DNA of 64,000 nt from Acutalibacteraceae bacterium (lineage in GTDB: Bacteria; Bacillota; Clostridia; Oscillospirales; Acutalibacteraceae): positions 7,228-71,227 of the forward strand of contig JAZUNN010000083.1 of NCBI GenBank assembly GCA_045604155.1, written 5' to 3'. The first letter of the stretch is position 1, and every line of letters starts with the position of its first letter. Below the pieces are notes generated by a model. The model ran no database searches. It saw only the letters and a list, made by a program, of their open reading frames with translations, and was not told the DNA's origin. Positions 9,055 through 18,807 of this stretch are shown piece by piece. Both the position numbers and the translations under genes were made by a program.

Positions 9055-11469
9055 TTATTTTACCACAATGTTCACAATTTTACCGGGAACATAGATCTCC
9101 TTGACAATGTTCTTGCCTTCTGTGAAGCTCTTTACAGCTTCATCTGCCTTTGCAGCTGCAAGGATTGTCTGAGCATCAGCATCAGCTGCAACCTTGATGG
9201 TTGCTCTCAGCTTGCCGTTTACCTGTACAGGAATCTCGATGGATGCAACAACACACTTGGATGCATCATATTTCGGCCACTTCTGCTGGTTAAGCATACC
9301 ATTGTAGCCAAGATTCTGCCAGATTTCCTCAGTGATGTGAGGTGCAAAGGGATTGAGCAGCTGGAGGAATACCTTGTACTCATCCTTTGTAATGGTCTTG
9401 AGAGATTCAAACTCATTGAGCAGGGACATGAGTGCTGCAATAGCGGTATTGAACTTCAGGTTCTCGATATCGTCGGTAACCTTCTTGATGGTCTTATGAA
9501 CGGAAGATGCTACATCGGGACGCATACGAACCTTTTCGATGTGATCCTGGAGGTTCCATGTTCTGTCGAGGAATCTCTTACAGCCCTTGACGGAGTTTTC
9601 CTGCCAGGGTGCTGCCTTTTCAAAGTCGCCGATAAACATCTCATAAAGACGCATGGTGTCTGCACCGTACTGTGCAACAACATCATCGGGATTGATAACG
9701 TTGCCTCTGGACTTACTCATCTTGCCGCCGTCAGCAGCAAGGATCATACCGTGGCTGGTACGCTTGCTGTAAGGCTCTGCGGTGGGAACTACGCCGATAT
9801 CGTAAAGGAACTTATGCCAGAAACGGCTGTAGAGCAGATGGAGTGTGGTATGCTCCATGCCGCCGTTGTACCAGTCAACAGGACCCCAGTACTTGAGAGC
9901 TTCCTTGCTTGCCAGCTCCTTGTCATTGTGAGGATCACAGTAACGCAGGAAGTACCAGGAAGAACCTGCCCACTGAGGCATGGTGTCGGTTTCTCTCTTG
10001 GCAGGACCGCCGCACTTGGGACAGGTGGTATTTACCCACTCAGTAATATTTGCAAGAGGAGATTCGCCGTTGTCGGTAGGCTCATAGGACTCAACCTCAG
10101 GCAGAGTCAGAGGAAGCTGATCTTCAGGGATAGGTACCCACTCATTGCAGTGGTCGCACCATACCAGAGGAATAGGCTCGCCCCAGTAACGCTGACGGGA
10201 GAATACCCAGTCACGGAGCTTGAAGTTGACCTTTGCTTCGCCCAGCTTTTCCTTTGTAAGGAACTCGGTGATCTTTACCTTAGCGTCTTCAACAGAGAGT
10301 CCATCGAGGAATCCGCTGTTGACCATTATGCCTGTCTCACAGTCAGTAAATGCTTCCTTCTCAACATCGCCGCCCTTGACGACTTCGATGATGGGAAGTT
10401 CAAACTTCTTTGCAAACTCCCAGTCGCGGGTATCATGAGCAGGAACTGCCATGATAGCACCTGTACCGTAGGAAACAAGAACGTAGTCAGAAATGAAGAT
10501 GGGTATCTCTCTGCCGTTTACGGGGTTGATTGCCTTGATGCCCTCGAGCTTTACGCCTGTCTTTTCCTTTGCCATTTCGGTACGCTCGAAGTCAGACTTT
10601 CTTGCTGCTGCTGCCTGATACTCACGGATAGCATCCATATTGGTCAGCTTGTCGGAAAGCTTCTCAATGAGAGGATGCTCGGGAGAAATAACCATATAGG
10701 TAGCACCAAAGAGGGTGTCGGGACGGGTGGTGTATACTCTGAGGGTTTCGCCGAGTGTGGTCTTGAAATCAACCTCAGCGCCTGTGGAGCGACCGATCCA
10801 GTTTCTCTGCTGGAGCTTGACTCTCTCTATGTAATCGAGACCGTCGAGGTCATCGAGAAGTCTCTGTGCATATGCTGTGATCTTAAGCATCCACTGGCTC
10901 TTGACCTTTCTGACAACTTCGCTGCCGCAGCGCTCGCAGACGCCGTTAACGACTTCTTCGTTTGCAAGAACGCACTTACAGGAAGTACACCAGTTAACAG
11001 CCATTTCCTTCTTGTATGCAAGACCCTTCTTGTAAAGCTGGAGGAATATCCACTGAGTCCACTTGAAATACTTGGGATCGGTGGTATCGATCTCTCTGTC
11101 CCAGTCAAAGGACAGACCCAGCATACGAAGCTGGCTCTTGAAGCGCTTTACGTTGTTCTCGGTAACGATAGAAGGATGGATATGATTCTTGATAGCGTAG
11201 TTCTCAGTGGGAAGTCCGAATGCGTCCCAGCCCATGGGGAACAGAACGTTGTAGCCTTCCATTCTGCGCTTTCTTGCAACGATATCCATTGCTGTGTAGG
11301 GTCTGGGGTGACCTACATGGAGTCCTGCACCGGAGGGATAAGGAAACTCAACAAGTGCATAGAACTTGGGCTTTCTGAAATCGTTGGGTGCACAGAAAGT
11401 CTTGTTCTCATCCCAGATATCCTGCCATTTTGCTTCAATGGCTTTAAAATCATATTTTCCAAAACTCAT
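9055..11469 (-). CDS. leuS: Leucine--tRNA ligase
   Basis: 804 aa. Class I HIGH (HVGHPRPY) and KMSKS (KMSKSRGN) motifs and a CP1 editing-domain length. Only 21 nt after rsfS, so there is no room for a T-box leader. Confidence 0.97.
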   Translation of the reverse strand: MSFGKYDFKAIEAKWQDIWDENKTFCAPNDFRKPKFYALVEFPYPSGAGLHVGHPRPYTAMDIVARKRRMEGYNVLFPMGWDAFGLPTENYAIKNHIHPSIVTENNVKRFKSQLRMLGLSFDWDREIDTTDPKYFKWTQWIFLQLYKKGLAYKKEMAVNWCTSCKCVLANEEVVNGVCERCGSEVVRKVKSQWMLKITAYAQRLLDDLDGLDYIERVKLQQRNWIGRSTGAEVDFKTTLGETLRVYTTRPDTLFGATYMVISPEHPLIEKLSDKLTNMDAIREYQAAAARKSDFERTEMAKEKTGVKLEGIKAINPVNGREIPIFISDYVLVSYGTGAIMAVPAHDTRDWEFAKKFELPIIEVVKGGDVEKEAFTDCETGIMVNSGFLDGLSVEDAKVKITEFLTKEKLGEAKVNFKLRDWVFSRQRYWGEPIPLVWCDHCNEWVPIPEDQLPLTLPEVESYEPTDNGESPLANITEWVNTTCPKCGGPAKRETDTMPQWAGSSWYFLRYCDPHNDKELASKEALKYWGPVDWYNGGMEHTTLHLLYSRFWHKFLYDIGVVPTAEPYSKRTSHGMILAADGGKMSKSRGNVINPDDVVAQYGADTMRLYEMFIGDFEKAAPWQENSVKGCKRFLDRTWNLQDHIEKVRMRPDVASSVHKTIKKVTDDIENLKFNTAIAALMSLLNEFESLKTITKDEYKVFLQLLNPFAPHITEEIWQNLGYNGMLNQQKWPKYDASKCVVASIEIPVQVNGKLRATIKVAADADAQTILAAAKADEAVKSFTEGKNIVKEIYVPGKIVNIVVK

Positions 11470-11490
11470 TTTATGTCAGCTCCTACCGGA

Positions 11491-11865
11491 TTAGTTTTCT
11501 TCAGGTTTAAATGCATAAAGGGAGGGATCAAGTCTCTCACCGTCAAGCCATAGTCTTTCAAGATCATAATACTCACGTGCTTCGGGATCGAATACGTGAA
11601 CGATGACGCTGTAATAGTCAAGCACGATCCATGAACGGGTGGTATGACCCTCGACATGACCGGGGGTAATGCCTTCCTGCTTGAGCTTGAACTCCACCTC
11701 ATCGGCGAAAGCCTTTACCTGAGTGGAGCTGTTACCTGTAACGATAACAAAATAATCTGCCAGGGTTGTTACGTCCTCTACCCTGATAACTGCAAGATCC
11801 TGTGATTTTTTTGAATCCAGAATATTAGCTATCTTAAGAGCGAGGTTTCTTGCTTCAATGCTCAT
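11491..11865 (-). CDS. rsfS: Ribosome silencing factor RsfS (iojap)
   Basis: Start moved to M11 (MSIEARN...) behind an AAGGAGG SD. Has ...ADYFVIVTGNSSTQVKA... typical of RsfS. Confidence 0.9.
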   Translation of the reverse strand: MSIEARNLALKIANILDSKKSQDLAVIRVEDVTTLADYFVIVTGNSSTQVKAFADEVEFKLKQEGITPGHVEGHTTRSWIVLDYYSVIVHVFDPEAREYYDLERLWLDGERLDPSLYAFKPEEN

Positions 11866-11952
11866 CTTTAATCCTCCTTGTGCCATTGTCAGCACAAATG
11901 TCTGTTTCTATTATATAGCCCTTGTCAAGAGGGAAATATACAAAATAAATCA

Positions 11953-12531
11953 TTATTCTGCAGTGCGATACTCTTCATATGCTTCAAGGGTGTCGGGATG
12001 TACCGTTCCGCCACGTTTCTGAATATCTTTTATTGTATAACCGAGAGAATAACGAAGTGCTGCTTCCAGGCTTTCATCCGCCTTTTTCCGCATTACATTC
12101 ACATCTTTGTAATCACGGTCCGCACTGGTGAAATCTGCTATGAAAATCACCTTTTCAAGAAGACTCATGCCTGCACGGGCTGTTGTATGATAACGTATTG
12201 CATTTATTATATCTTCATTCGTTACCTTCAGCTGGTTCTGTACATAGGCAGCACCTGACATGGCATGCCACAGCTTATGAGTCTTATCTTCAAGCTCTGT
12301 AAGAGTTTCTCTCTGAGCGATTATAAACTTATGGGTTTCTTCATCGACTTCCTTTGTTATATCGTGAAGAAGTCCTGCTTCCTCTGCAGCTTCAACATCG
12401 GCTCCGTACTTTTTTGCAAGACGTACAGCCTCTTCGGAAACTGCAAGGCTATGCTTATATCGCTTGCCTGACATTTTGGTGCGCAGAATGCGCTTGTAAA
12501 ACTCTCTTTTTTCTGCATCCATGCGTTTCAC
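11953..12531 (-). CDS. yqeK: HD-domain bis(5'-nucleosyl)-tetraphosphatase YqeK
   Basis: 192 aa HD domain (HSLAVSEEA, LLHDITK). Conserved nadD-yqeK-rsfS order. Confidence 0.85.
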   Translation of the reverse strand: MKRMDAEKREFYKRILRTKMSGKRYKHSLAVSEEAVRLAKKYGADVEAAEEAGLLHDITKEVDEETHKFIIAQRETLTELEDKTHKLWHAMSGAAYVQNQLKVTNEDIINAIRYHTTARAGMSLLEKVIFIADFTSADRDYKDVNVMRKKADESLEAALRYSLGYTIKDIQKRGGTVHPDTLEAYEEYRTAE

Positions 12532-13136
12532 CTCTTACATAAATATAGTGCTTTATCTCTGATGAACTCTGCAACGGATACGGTAACAAGATCATCTATA
12601 TTTTTGCCTTCTGCAACTCTCTTTCTGACCTCTGTCGATGAAGCGTCAACTGCAGGAAGGCTGACAATCACACATTTGCAGCCTTTTGCAGTCAGACGTT
12701 CTGCCTCACTCTCCAATTCATCGGTTGATACGTCGTCACGCTGAACAGCCGCAAATAAAACCAGCTCTTTCAGGCCGTCAAAATTGTACCATGTTTCAAG
12801 GGACATAAACATATCTGCCCCCATTATAAGATAGAACTCACAATCGGGCATTTCTTCTGTCAGCTGTGACATTGTCAGGAAAGTATAGCTTCTTCCCTCT
12901 CTGCGTATCTCTATATCAGAAACGTTAGCTATCAAGCCATAATCCTTTACAGCTAACCTGCACATTTCAAGGCGATATTCTGCTTTTGTTGCGGTTGCAG
13001 ACTTATGAGGCGGTGTACCTGTGGGTATCATGAGTATCTCGTCAAGACACAGTTTTTCCTGCATTGCCTTGCATAGATTCAGATGACCGATATGAATTGG
13101 GTCAAAGGTGCCTCCGTAAATTCCTATGCGTTTCAT
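12528..13136 (-). CDS. nadD: Nicotinate-nucleotide adenylyltransferase
   Basis: 202 aa with the GGTFDPIHIGH nucleotidyltransferase motif. 4-nt overlap with yqeK. Confidence 0.93.
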   Translation of the reverse strand: MKRIGIYGGTFDPIHIGHLNLCKAMQEKLCLDEILMIPTGTPPHKSATATKAEYRLEMCRLAVKDYGLIANVSDIEIRREGRSYTFLTMSQLTEEMPDCEFYLIMGADMFMSLETWYNFDGLKELVLFAAVQRDDVSTDELESEAERLTAKGCKCVIVSLPAVDASSTEVRKRVAEGKNIDDLVTVSVAEFIRDKALYLCKR

Positions 13137-13151
13137 AACGCAGCACTCCCT

Positions 13152-13457
13152 TTATTTTTTACGTGCTTTGGGAAGTTCGATTATGGGCTTTTCGTTGTTT
13201 CTCTTGAACAGTATGAACTTTCTGCCGATGACCTGAACAACATCGGAATCTGTCACCTTTGCAAGCTCGTCCGCTGCTTCTCTTGAAGTCAGGGGCGATG
13301 CCTCAAGCGCCTGGCACTTTATAAGCTCACGGGCTTTAAGCGCATCGTTTGCCTGCTTTACAAGGGTTTCAACAATACCGCCTTTACCGACGGTGAGAAT
13401 TACTTCGTAATCATTTGCAAGACCTCTTAAAAAGGCTCGCTGTTTGCTTGTCAACAT
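13152..13457 (-). CDS. yhbY: YhbY-type CRM-domain RNA-binding (ribosome assembly) protein
   Basis: 101 aa with KQRAFLRGLAN...GKGG, characteristic of YhbY/YqeI. Confidence 0.85.
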   Translation of the reverse strand: MLTSKQRAFLRGLANDYEVILTVGKGGIVETLVKQANDALKARELIKCQALEASPLTSREAADELAKVTDSDVVQVIGRKFILFKRNNEKPIIELPKARKK

Positions 13458-13459
13458 TT

Positions 13460-14065
13460 TTATACCTCGTTTGTTTTCAAATATTCGGACAGTTTTACGG
13501 AAAATTCACGCAGTGCGTTTCCTCTGTGGCTTATTGCATCCTTTTCTTCGTCAGAGTATTCCGCAATGCTTCGTCCGTCATGGCGCATGAATACAGGGTC
13601 GTAGCCAAATCCGCCATTTCCGACTCGCTCATAACCGACATAGCCTTCGCATTTTCCCTCAGCTGTCAGCTTATCGCCGTTAGGAAAAGCACAGCAGATA
13701 CTGCACATAAATGCGCAGGTGCGTTTTTCTTTCGGCACATCTTTTATATCTTCAAGAAGCTTGTCAATATTGCGCTCATCATCGCAGGGCTCACCTGCAT
13801 ATCGAGCGGAATACACACCCGGAGCACCGTCAAGAGCATCAACGCAGATACCTGAATCATCTGCTATTGAAGGCAATCCCGTATGCTCGCAGAAGGCTTT
13901 TGCCTTGATTTCGGCATTCTCTGCAAAGGTTTTTCCTGTTTCCTCGGGATCAATCCCTGTAAAGCCAAGTTCCTTTGCAGTGTAAACCTCCACTCCGAGA
14001 GGTGAAAGAATTCTCTGAAGCTCGGAAAGCTTCTTTTTATTATTGGTTGCAACTATGAATTTCAT
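13460..14065 (-). CDS. rdgB: Non-canonical purine NTP pyrophosphatase (RdgB/HAM1, XTP/dITP diphosphatase)
   Basis: MKFIVATNNKKKLSE... and GGFGYDPVF motifs. Start moved to M39 of track ORF 13460..14179 (GAAGGTGAA SD). The first 38 track codons are translated repeat element. Confidence 0.9.
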   Translation of the reverse strand: MKFIVATNNKKKLSELQRILSPLGVEVYTAKELGFTGIDPEETGKTFAENAEIKAKAFCEHTGLPSIADDSGICVDALDGAPGVYSARYAGEPCDDERNIDKLLEDIKDVPKEKRTCAFMCSICCAFPNGDKLTAEGKCEGYVGYERVGNGGFGYDPVFMRHDGRSIAEYSDEEKDAISHRGNALREFSVKLSEYLKTNEV

Positions 14066-14087
14066 TGTTTTCACCTTCAAAAAGAAG

Positions 14088-14298
14088 ATTCTTAAGAGCT
14101 CTGCTCTTAAGCGGGATATCAAAGGGCGGCGCCCTTTGATAGGGTTTGGGACAATGTCCCAACTTTTATTTCTTTTCAACTGCAGGCGGTTCGCCTGCAG
14201 TTATTTATTCATGTTATGTTGGGGGCTCTGCCCCCAAACTCCCGCAAGGGGGTTTCACCCCTTGACCCGACTTAAGGAACGCAGTTCCTTAAGAATCC
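14088..14298. repeat. Hairpin-array palindromic element, copy 2 (~210 bp)
   Basis: Stem-loops at 14091-14111, 14118-14140, 14146-14162, 14178-14202, 14219-14237, 14245-14264 and 14271-14293. Same module order, orientation and TIRs as copy 1. Confidence 0.8.
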
Positions 14299-14299
14299 T

Positions 14300-15220
14300 T
14301 TATTCTTCGTTAACGTCGAAGAGTGCTCGTGCAAAGTCTGCAGGTACGAATGGCTGAAGGTCGTCTATCTTCTCACCTACACCGATGTACTTGACAGGTA
14401 CGCCGAGTTCTTCCTTGATAGCAATTACAACACCGCCTCTTGCTGTGCCGTCGAGCTTTGTAAGAACGATGCCGGTAATGCCTGCGGCATTCTTGAATTC
14501 TCTTGCCTGATTGACAGCATTCTGACCTGTGGTTGCATCAAGAACGAGAAGGACTTCACGGGATGCATCTGGCAGCTCACGCTCAATAATTCTGCTTATC
14601 TTTGCAAGCTCGTTCATAAGACCGATCTTATTGTGAAGTCTGCCTGCTGTATCAACGATAACAACATCGACATTTCTTGCCTTTGCAGCAGCGATTGCAT
14701 CAAATACAACTGCAGCAGGGTCTGCACCCTCGGAGTGCTTTACAATATCGCACTTTGCACGGTCTGTCCATATTTCAAGCTGCTCGATAGCTGCAGCACG
14801 GAAGGTATCTGCAGCGGCAACAAGAACCTTCTTGCCGCTGTCACGAAGCTGATTTGCCATCTTGCCGATGGTTGTTGTCTTGCCGACACCGTTTACACCG
14901 ATAACAAGTATAATCGAGGGTTTGGTTTCAAGATTGAGTGCCTGCTCCCCTTCCATCATTTCAGCAATGGTTTCGCAAAGCAGATCTTTTACTGCCTCGG
15001 GATCCTTTGTGCCTGTCTTCTTAACCTTGCTGCGAAGTTCATCACAGATTCTGGAAGCAGTTACTGCTCCGCAATCTGCGGTGATAAGCATTTCCTCAAG
15101 CTCTTCAAAAAGCTCCTCGTCGATCTTCGTAAAACGCTTGAAGAAAGATCCTATCTGGCTGAAAAAACCTGTTGATTTTGTTTTCTTAAGTCCCTGCTTG
15201 ATTTTATCAAAAAATCCCAT
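14300..15220 (-). CDS. ftsY: Signal recognition particle receptor FtsY
   Basis: 306 aa. SRP GTPase motifs [20 protein letters not shown]. Confidence 0.95.
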   Translation of the reverse strand: MGFFDKIKQGLKKTKSTGFFSQIGSFFKRFTKIDEELFEELEEMLITADCGAVTASRICDELRSKVKKTGTKDPEAVKDLLCETIAEMMEGEQALNLETKPSIILVIGVNGVGKTTTIGKMANQLRDSGKKVLVAAADTFRAAAIEQLEIWTDRAKCDIVKHSEGADPAAVVFDAIAAAKARNVDVVIVDTAGRLHNKIGLMNELAKISRIIERELPDASREVLLVLDATTGQNAVNQAREFKNAAGITGIVLTKLDGTARGGVVIAIKEELGVPVKYIGVGEKIDDLQPFVPADFARALFDVNEE

Positions 15221-15237
15221 TATGTGTCTCCTTAAAA

Positions 15238-18200
15238 TCAGATTCCGAGTTTTTCTTCAATTTCGCTGACTTTCAGCTCAAGAAGCTTTGATTCGCCGTC
15301 TTTCTGCATGGTTACACCGTATAGTGTAGAGCCCTTTTCCATCATGCCTCGTCTGTGGGTGATGGCAATAAACTGGGTTTTGTCACTGATTCGGACGATA
15401 TAGTCAGCAATATTGATAATGTTGCTTTCATCAAGAGGTGCGTCAACCTCATCGAGGAATACGAAGGGCGATGGTGTTACCTTCATTATGGAGAAGTAAA
15501 GTGCCATTGCGATAATCGTCTTTTCACCGTTGGAGAATGAAAGCATATTGTCGACCACCTTGCCCGGCAGTGCAACATTCATATCTATGCCGCTGTTAAG
15601 GGGGTCGGTTTCATCTGTCAGCTTGATTTCTGCCGAGCCGCCGCCGAAAAGCTGAGGACATATCTTCTGGAAAACCTTGCTTATTTCAGCAAATTTCTCT
15701 GTAAACATATCCTTCATACTTGCGGTAAGCTGATCGATCAGTTTTTCAAGCTCTGCCTTTGAGGTCTCAATATCTTCCATCTGAGTCTTGAAGGTTACAT
15801 AGTCATTATGCACCTTTATGTACTCATCTATTGCATTGATATTGACCGGCTCAAGCCTCTTCATTGCAGTGCGAAGCTCATTTGCCCTCTTCTGGGCTGC
15901 CTTGCGGTCTTCCACGGGCTCGTACTTATCCTCTGCCTCATGCAGTGTCATTTCATACTCCGTAAACAGCTTTGAAATGATATTATCGTACTCACCCTGC
16001 TTGTTCTGACGCTGAGTTTCGCATCTGCCAAGCTCCTTCATTATGGAAGCCTTGCTGTCGCCAAGCTCGCCCGAAAGCTTTGACTGAGCTGTTATCTGAG
16101 CCTCAAGAGTCATTCTCTCATCGTTGATGGATCCGATGGAAGCACGCATATTTTCAGCCTCATTACGCATATTTTCAGCATTTTCTGTCTGCTGCTCTGC
16201 GTTTTTCTCAAGGCCTTGTATTGCGTTTTTCTTTTCTTCTATCTCTTTTAATATATCCTCTCTCTGAGTAAGACGGTTGTCCATTCTCGCCTTTATCTCA
16301 GAAATGGATTCCTCGATAGCTTCACAGTCTTTCTGATATGCCATTATCTGCATACCGATGTCACTGAGTTCCTCTGTCAGAGTATTTCTCTTATCACGCA
16401 GCTCACTGCGCTCTGCAGCACTGCCGCTTATCTCACTTTCAAGCTTAGCGGAATCTTCGCTGAGGGCATCTATCTTACCCTCCTGCTCTTTTACAAATTC
16501 CTCAAGAGATTTTTCTCTCTGCTTTGCTGCTGCTTTCTGAGATTCAATGCTGTTCTTATCTCTCTGAGCATTCTCAAACTGCTCGGTGAGAATACGAAGG
16601 CTTGTCTTAAAGTCGTTGAGATCCTGCTGTGCTGTTGCAAGCTCACCCTGAGCACCTAAAAGTGCTGCCTCGTCTGATGCAGCCTTTGCTGCCAGCTCCT
16701 TCTGCACTGCCTTGGCTTCCTCTGCCTTCTTCTGCAGATCAGCCATTGTGATTTTGAGTGATTCAATCTCACTGCGTCTGCCGAGAACACCCGAGCTTTT
16801 TGCATTTATTGAACCGCCTGTCATGGAGCCGCCTGCATTGAATACCTGACCGTCCAGTGTAACTATCCTGAAGCGATATCCAAACTTCTTTGCAATGACA
16901 TTACCTGTGGTCATATCCTCAGCAATCACTATCTTGCCAAGGAGGTTTTCAACTATATTTCTGTACTTGCTGTCACACTTTACAAGCTCACAGCCAAGAC
17001 CTACAAAACCGTCATAGTTTTCAAGTGTGGGCTCGTTGAGCTTATTGGGTTTTATTGTAGTGAGAGGCAGGAATGTTGCTCTGCCTGCATTTTCACGCTT
17101 TAAGTAATTGATTGCCGCCTTTGCGCAGTCCTCATCGTCAACTACGATATTCTGCAGACCTGCTCCAAGGGCGATCTCTATGGCTGTTGCGTATTCCGAA
17201 TCGACCTCGATAAGCCTTGATACAGGTCCGTGGATTCCATGAAGCTGACCCTTCTGACCGATTTCAACAACCTTTTTGACGCTGTACTGAAATCCGCCCA
17301 TGCTCTTTTCAAGGTCTTCGATTATCTTTATCTTGCTCTGACATTCGGAAATACCCTGCAGATGCTTGTCGGTAACTGCCTTTGCATCTTCAAGCTTTGT
17401 TCTCTGCTTGTCAAGACGCATACGGTAACCGCCGACTGTATTGGTAAGAGAGTTGATCTTCTCTTCTGCAGCTTCTATTGCTTCCTCTGTCTGTTTCTTT
17501 TCTTCTTCCAGACGTGCAAAAAGCTTTGCATTATCTTCCTCTGTCTGAGCAAAGGATTTCTGACGCTCAACAAGGTCTTCAAGCTGCTCCTTTGCGCCTG
17601 CAAGACGTACTCTTGCTTCGGAAAGTCCGATTGCTATTGTATTCTGCTTTAAATTGAGCTCTTCAAGCTGGTCGGAGAAGCCGCTCATAAGGGTGCTGAG
17701 TCCCTCAAGCTCCTCTCTTTTCTTGTCCTGCTTTGTTCCGAGGGCAATTATTTCAAGGCGTTTTGCATCAATAAGCTGCTGCTTTGCCTTTATCTCCTCA
17801 TTCTGCTGTTCCTCATCCTGAGAAAAAGCACTGAGCTGTCCTTCAAGGCGGGATATATCTGTCTTTGCGTGCTCTATATCATTTCTGATAAGAGCCGCTT
17901 CATTTTCTGTGCGGATAGCCTGAGCTTCGATTTCGGAAGCATTTCTCAGAACCTCGTCCCTCTTTGCATTGAGGGCATTGTTCTGCTCCATAAGAGATAC
18001 AACTGCTTCTTCTGCTCCGTGTATCTTATCTTCAATTTCCTTCAGCTGGTTTGTGTAAAGGGTGATATTGTAGTCAATATCACGCAGCTCACTGTTTGAA
18101 ACCGAAAGAGTTGCAAGCCATAAACCGACTTCCACTGCTTCACGTTCAGTACGCAGTTCGAGGTATTTCTTTGCCTTTTCAGATTCCTTTTCAAGAGGAC

Positions 18201-18807
18201 CGTCACGCTCTTCAAGATCCGTTAATCTGACACGGAGGTGAACAAGGTTATCCTCTGCCCTTGCAAGCTCGCGCAGGGCTTCCGCTCTGCTGTAACGGTA
18301 CTTGGAAATACCTGATGCTTCTTCGATTATGGTTCTTCGCTCGTCACTTCTTGAATCAACAAGCGCAGCAATTTTATGCTGCTCTATCATTGAATAACCG
18401 CTTTTTCCGAGACCTGTATCAAGGAAAAGCTTTGTTATATCCTGAAGTCTTACTGCTTCACCGTTTATTTTGTATTCGCTTTTTCCCGAGCGGTAGTAAC
18501 GACGCATTATTGAAACATCGTCGTTATCGACCTTCAGCTCTCTGTCGGAATTGTCGAAGTTAAGTATGACTTCCGCAAAGCCCTGAGCCTTTCGCTCGGT
18601 CGTTCCCTTAAAAATTACATCCTCTGTGGACTTTACTCGCAGAACTCTCGGAGACTGCTCTCCAAGTACCCATCGGACAGCGTCACTGATGTTGCTCTTT
18701 CCGCTTCCGTTGGGTCCGACAATAGCCGTTACACCCTTGGAAAAATCTATTGTAATTTTATCGGGAAAGGATTTAAAGCCCTGCATCTGCAATGATTTTA
18801 GCTGCAT
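15238..18807 (-). CDS. smc: Chromosome segregation protein SMC
   Basis: 1189 aa. N-terminal Walker A (GPNGSGKSN), long coiled coils with a hinge, and a C-terminal signature/Walker B region (FSNGEKT...FVFLDEVDAPLD). Confidence 0.95.
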   Translation of the reverse strand: MQLKSLQMQGFKSFPDKITIDFSKGVTAIVGPNGSGKSNISDAVRWVLGEQSPRVLRVKSTEDVIFKGTTERKAQGFAEVILNFDNSDRELKVDNDDVSIMRRYYRSGKSEYKINGEAVRLQDITKLFLDTGLGKSGYSMIEQHKIAALVDSRSDERRTIIEEASGISKYRYSRAEALRELARAEDNLVHLRVRLTDLEERDGPLEKESEKAKKYLELRTEREAVEVGLWLATLSVSNSELRDIDYNITLYTNQLKEIEDKIHGAEEAVVSLMEQNNALNAKRDEVLRNASEIEAQAIRTENEAALIRNDIEHAKTDISRLEGQLSAFSQDEEQQNEEIKAKQQLIDAKRLEIIALGTKQDKKREELEGLSTLMSGFSDQLEELNLKQNTIAIGLSEARVRLAGAKEQLEDLVERQKSFAQTEEDNAKLFARLEEEKKQTEEAIEAAEEKINSLTNTVGGYRMRLDKQRTKLEDAKAVTDKHLQGISECQSKIKIIEDLEKSMGGFQYSVKKVVEIGQKGQLHGIHGPVSRLIEVDSEYATAIEIALGAGLQNIVVDDEDCAKAAINYLKRENAGRATFLPLTTIKPNKLNEPTLENYDGFVGLGCELVKCDSKYRNIVENLLGKIVIAEDMTTGNVIAKKFGYRFRIVTLDGQVFNAGGSMTGGSINAKSSGVLGRRSEIESLKITMADLQKKAEEAKAVQKELAAKAASDEAALLGAQGELATAQQDLNDFKTSLRILTEQFENAQRDKNSIESQKAAAKQREKSLEEFVKEQEGKIDALSEDSAKLESEISGSAAERSELRDKRNTLTEELSDIGMQIMAYQKDCEAIEESISEIKARMDNRLTQREDILKEIEEKKNAIQGLEKNAEQQTENAENMRNEAENMRASIGSINDERMTLEAQITAQSKLSGELGDSKASIMKELGRCETQRQNKQGEYDNIISKLFTEYEMTLHEAEDKYEPVEDRKAAQKRANELRTAMKRLEPVNINAIDEYIKVHNDYVTFKTQMEDIETSKAELEKLIDQLTASMKDMFTEKFAEISKVFQKICPQLFGGGSAEIKLTDETDPLNSGIDMNVALPGKVVDNMLSFSNGEKTIIAMALYFSIMKVTPSPFVFLDEVDAPLDESNIINIADYIVRISDKTQFIAITHRRGMMEKGSTLYGVTMQKDGESKLLELKVSEIEEKLGI

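Noticed and set aside
11470-11490. I expected T-box leaders upstream of leuS and metG (58057-58147).
   Set aside because: leuS starts 21 nt after rsfS, and metG has only a ~30-nt leader after its promoter. Neither has room for a specifier or antiterminator structure, and no T-box sequence was seen.
9337-11553. A 738-aa ORF on the plus strand, antisense to the whole of leuS.
   Set aside because: It is codon-aligned with leuS (both frames start at positions congruent to 1 mod 3). Its stops could therefore only arise from sense TTA, CTA or TCA codons, which this strongly codon-biased gene avoids. It has no SD, a Cys/Leu/Val-rich nonsense composition, and runs on through rsfS. This is a shadow ORF, not a gene.
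14066-14179. An N-terminal 38-codon extension of the rdgB track ORF (MKRNKSWDIVPNPIKGRRPLISRLRAELL…).
   Set aside because: It is a translation of the hairpin-array repeat. The canonical RdgB N-terminus (MKFIVATNNKKK) with a good SD starts at 14065. Similar spurious extensions were trimmed for folD (21481-21594), the Nfo-like gene (7901-8002), tpiA, the LacI regulator and infC.
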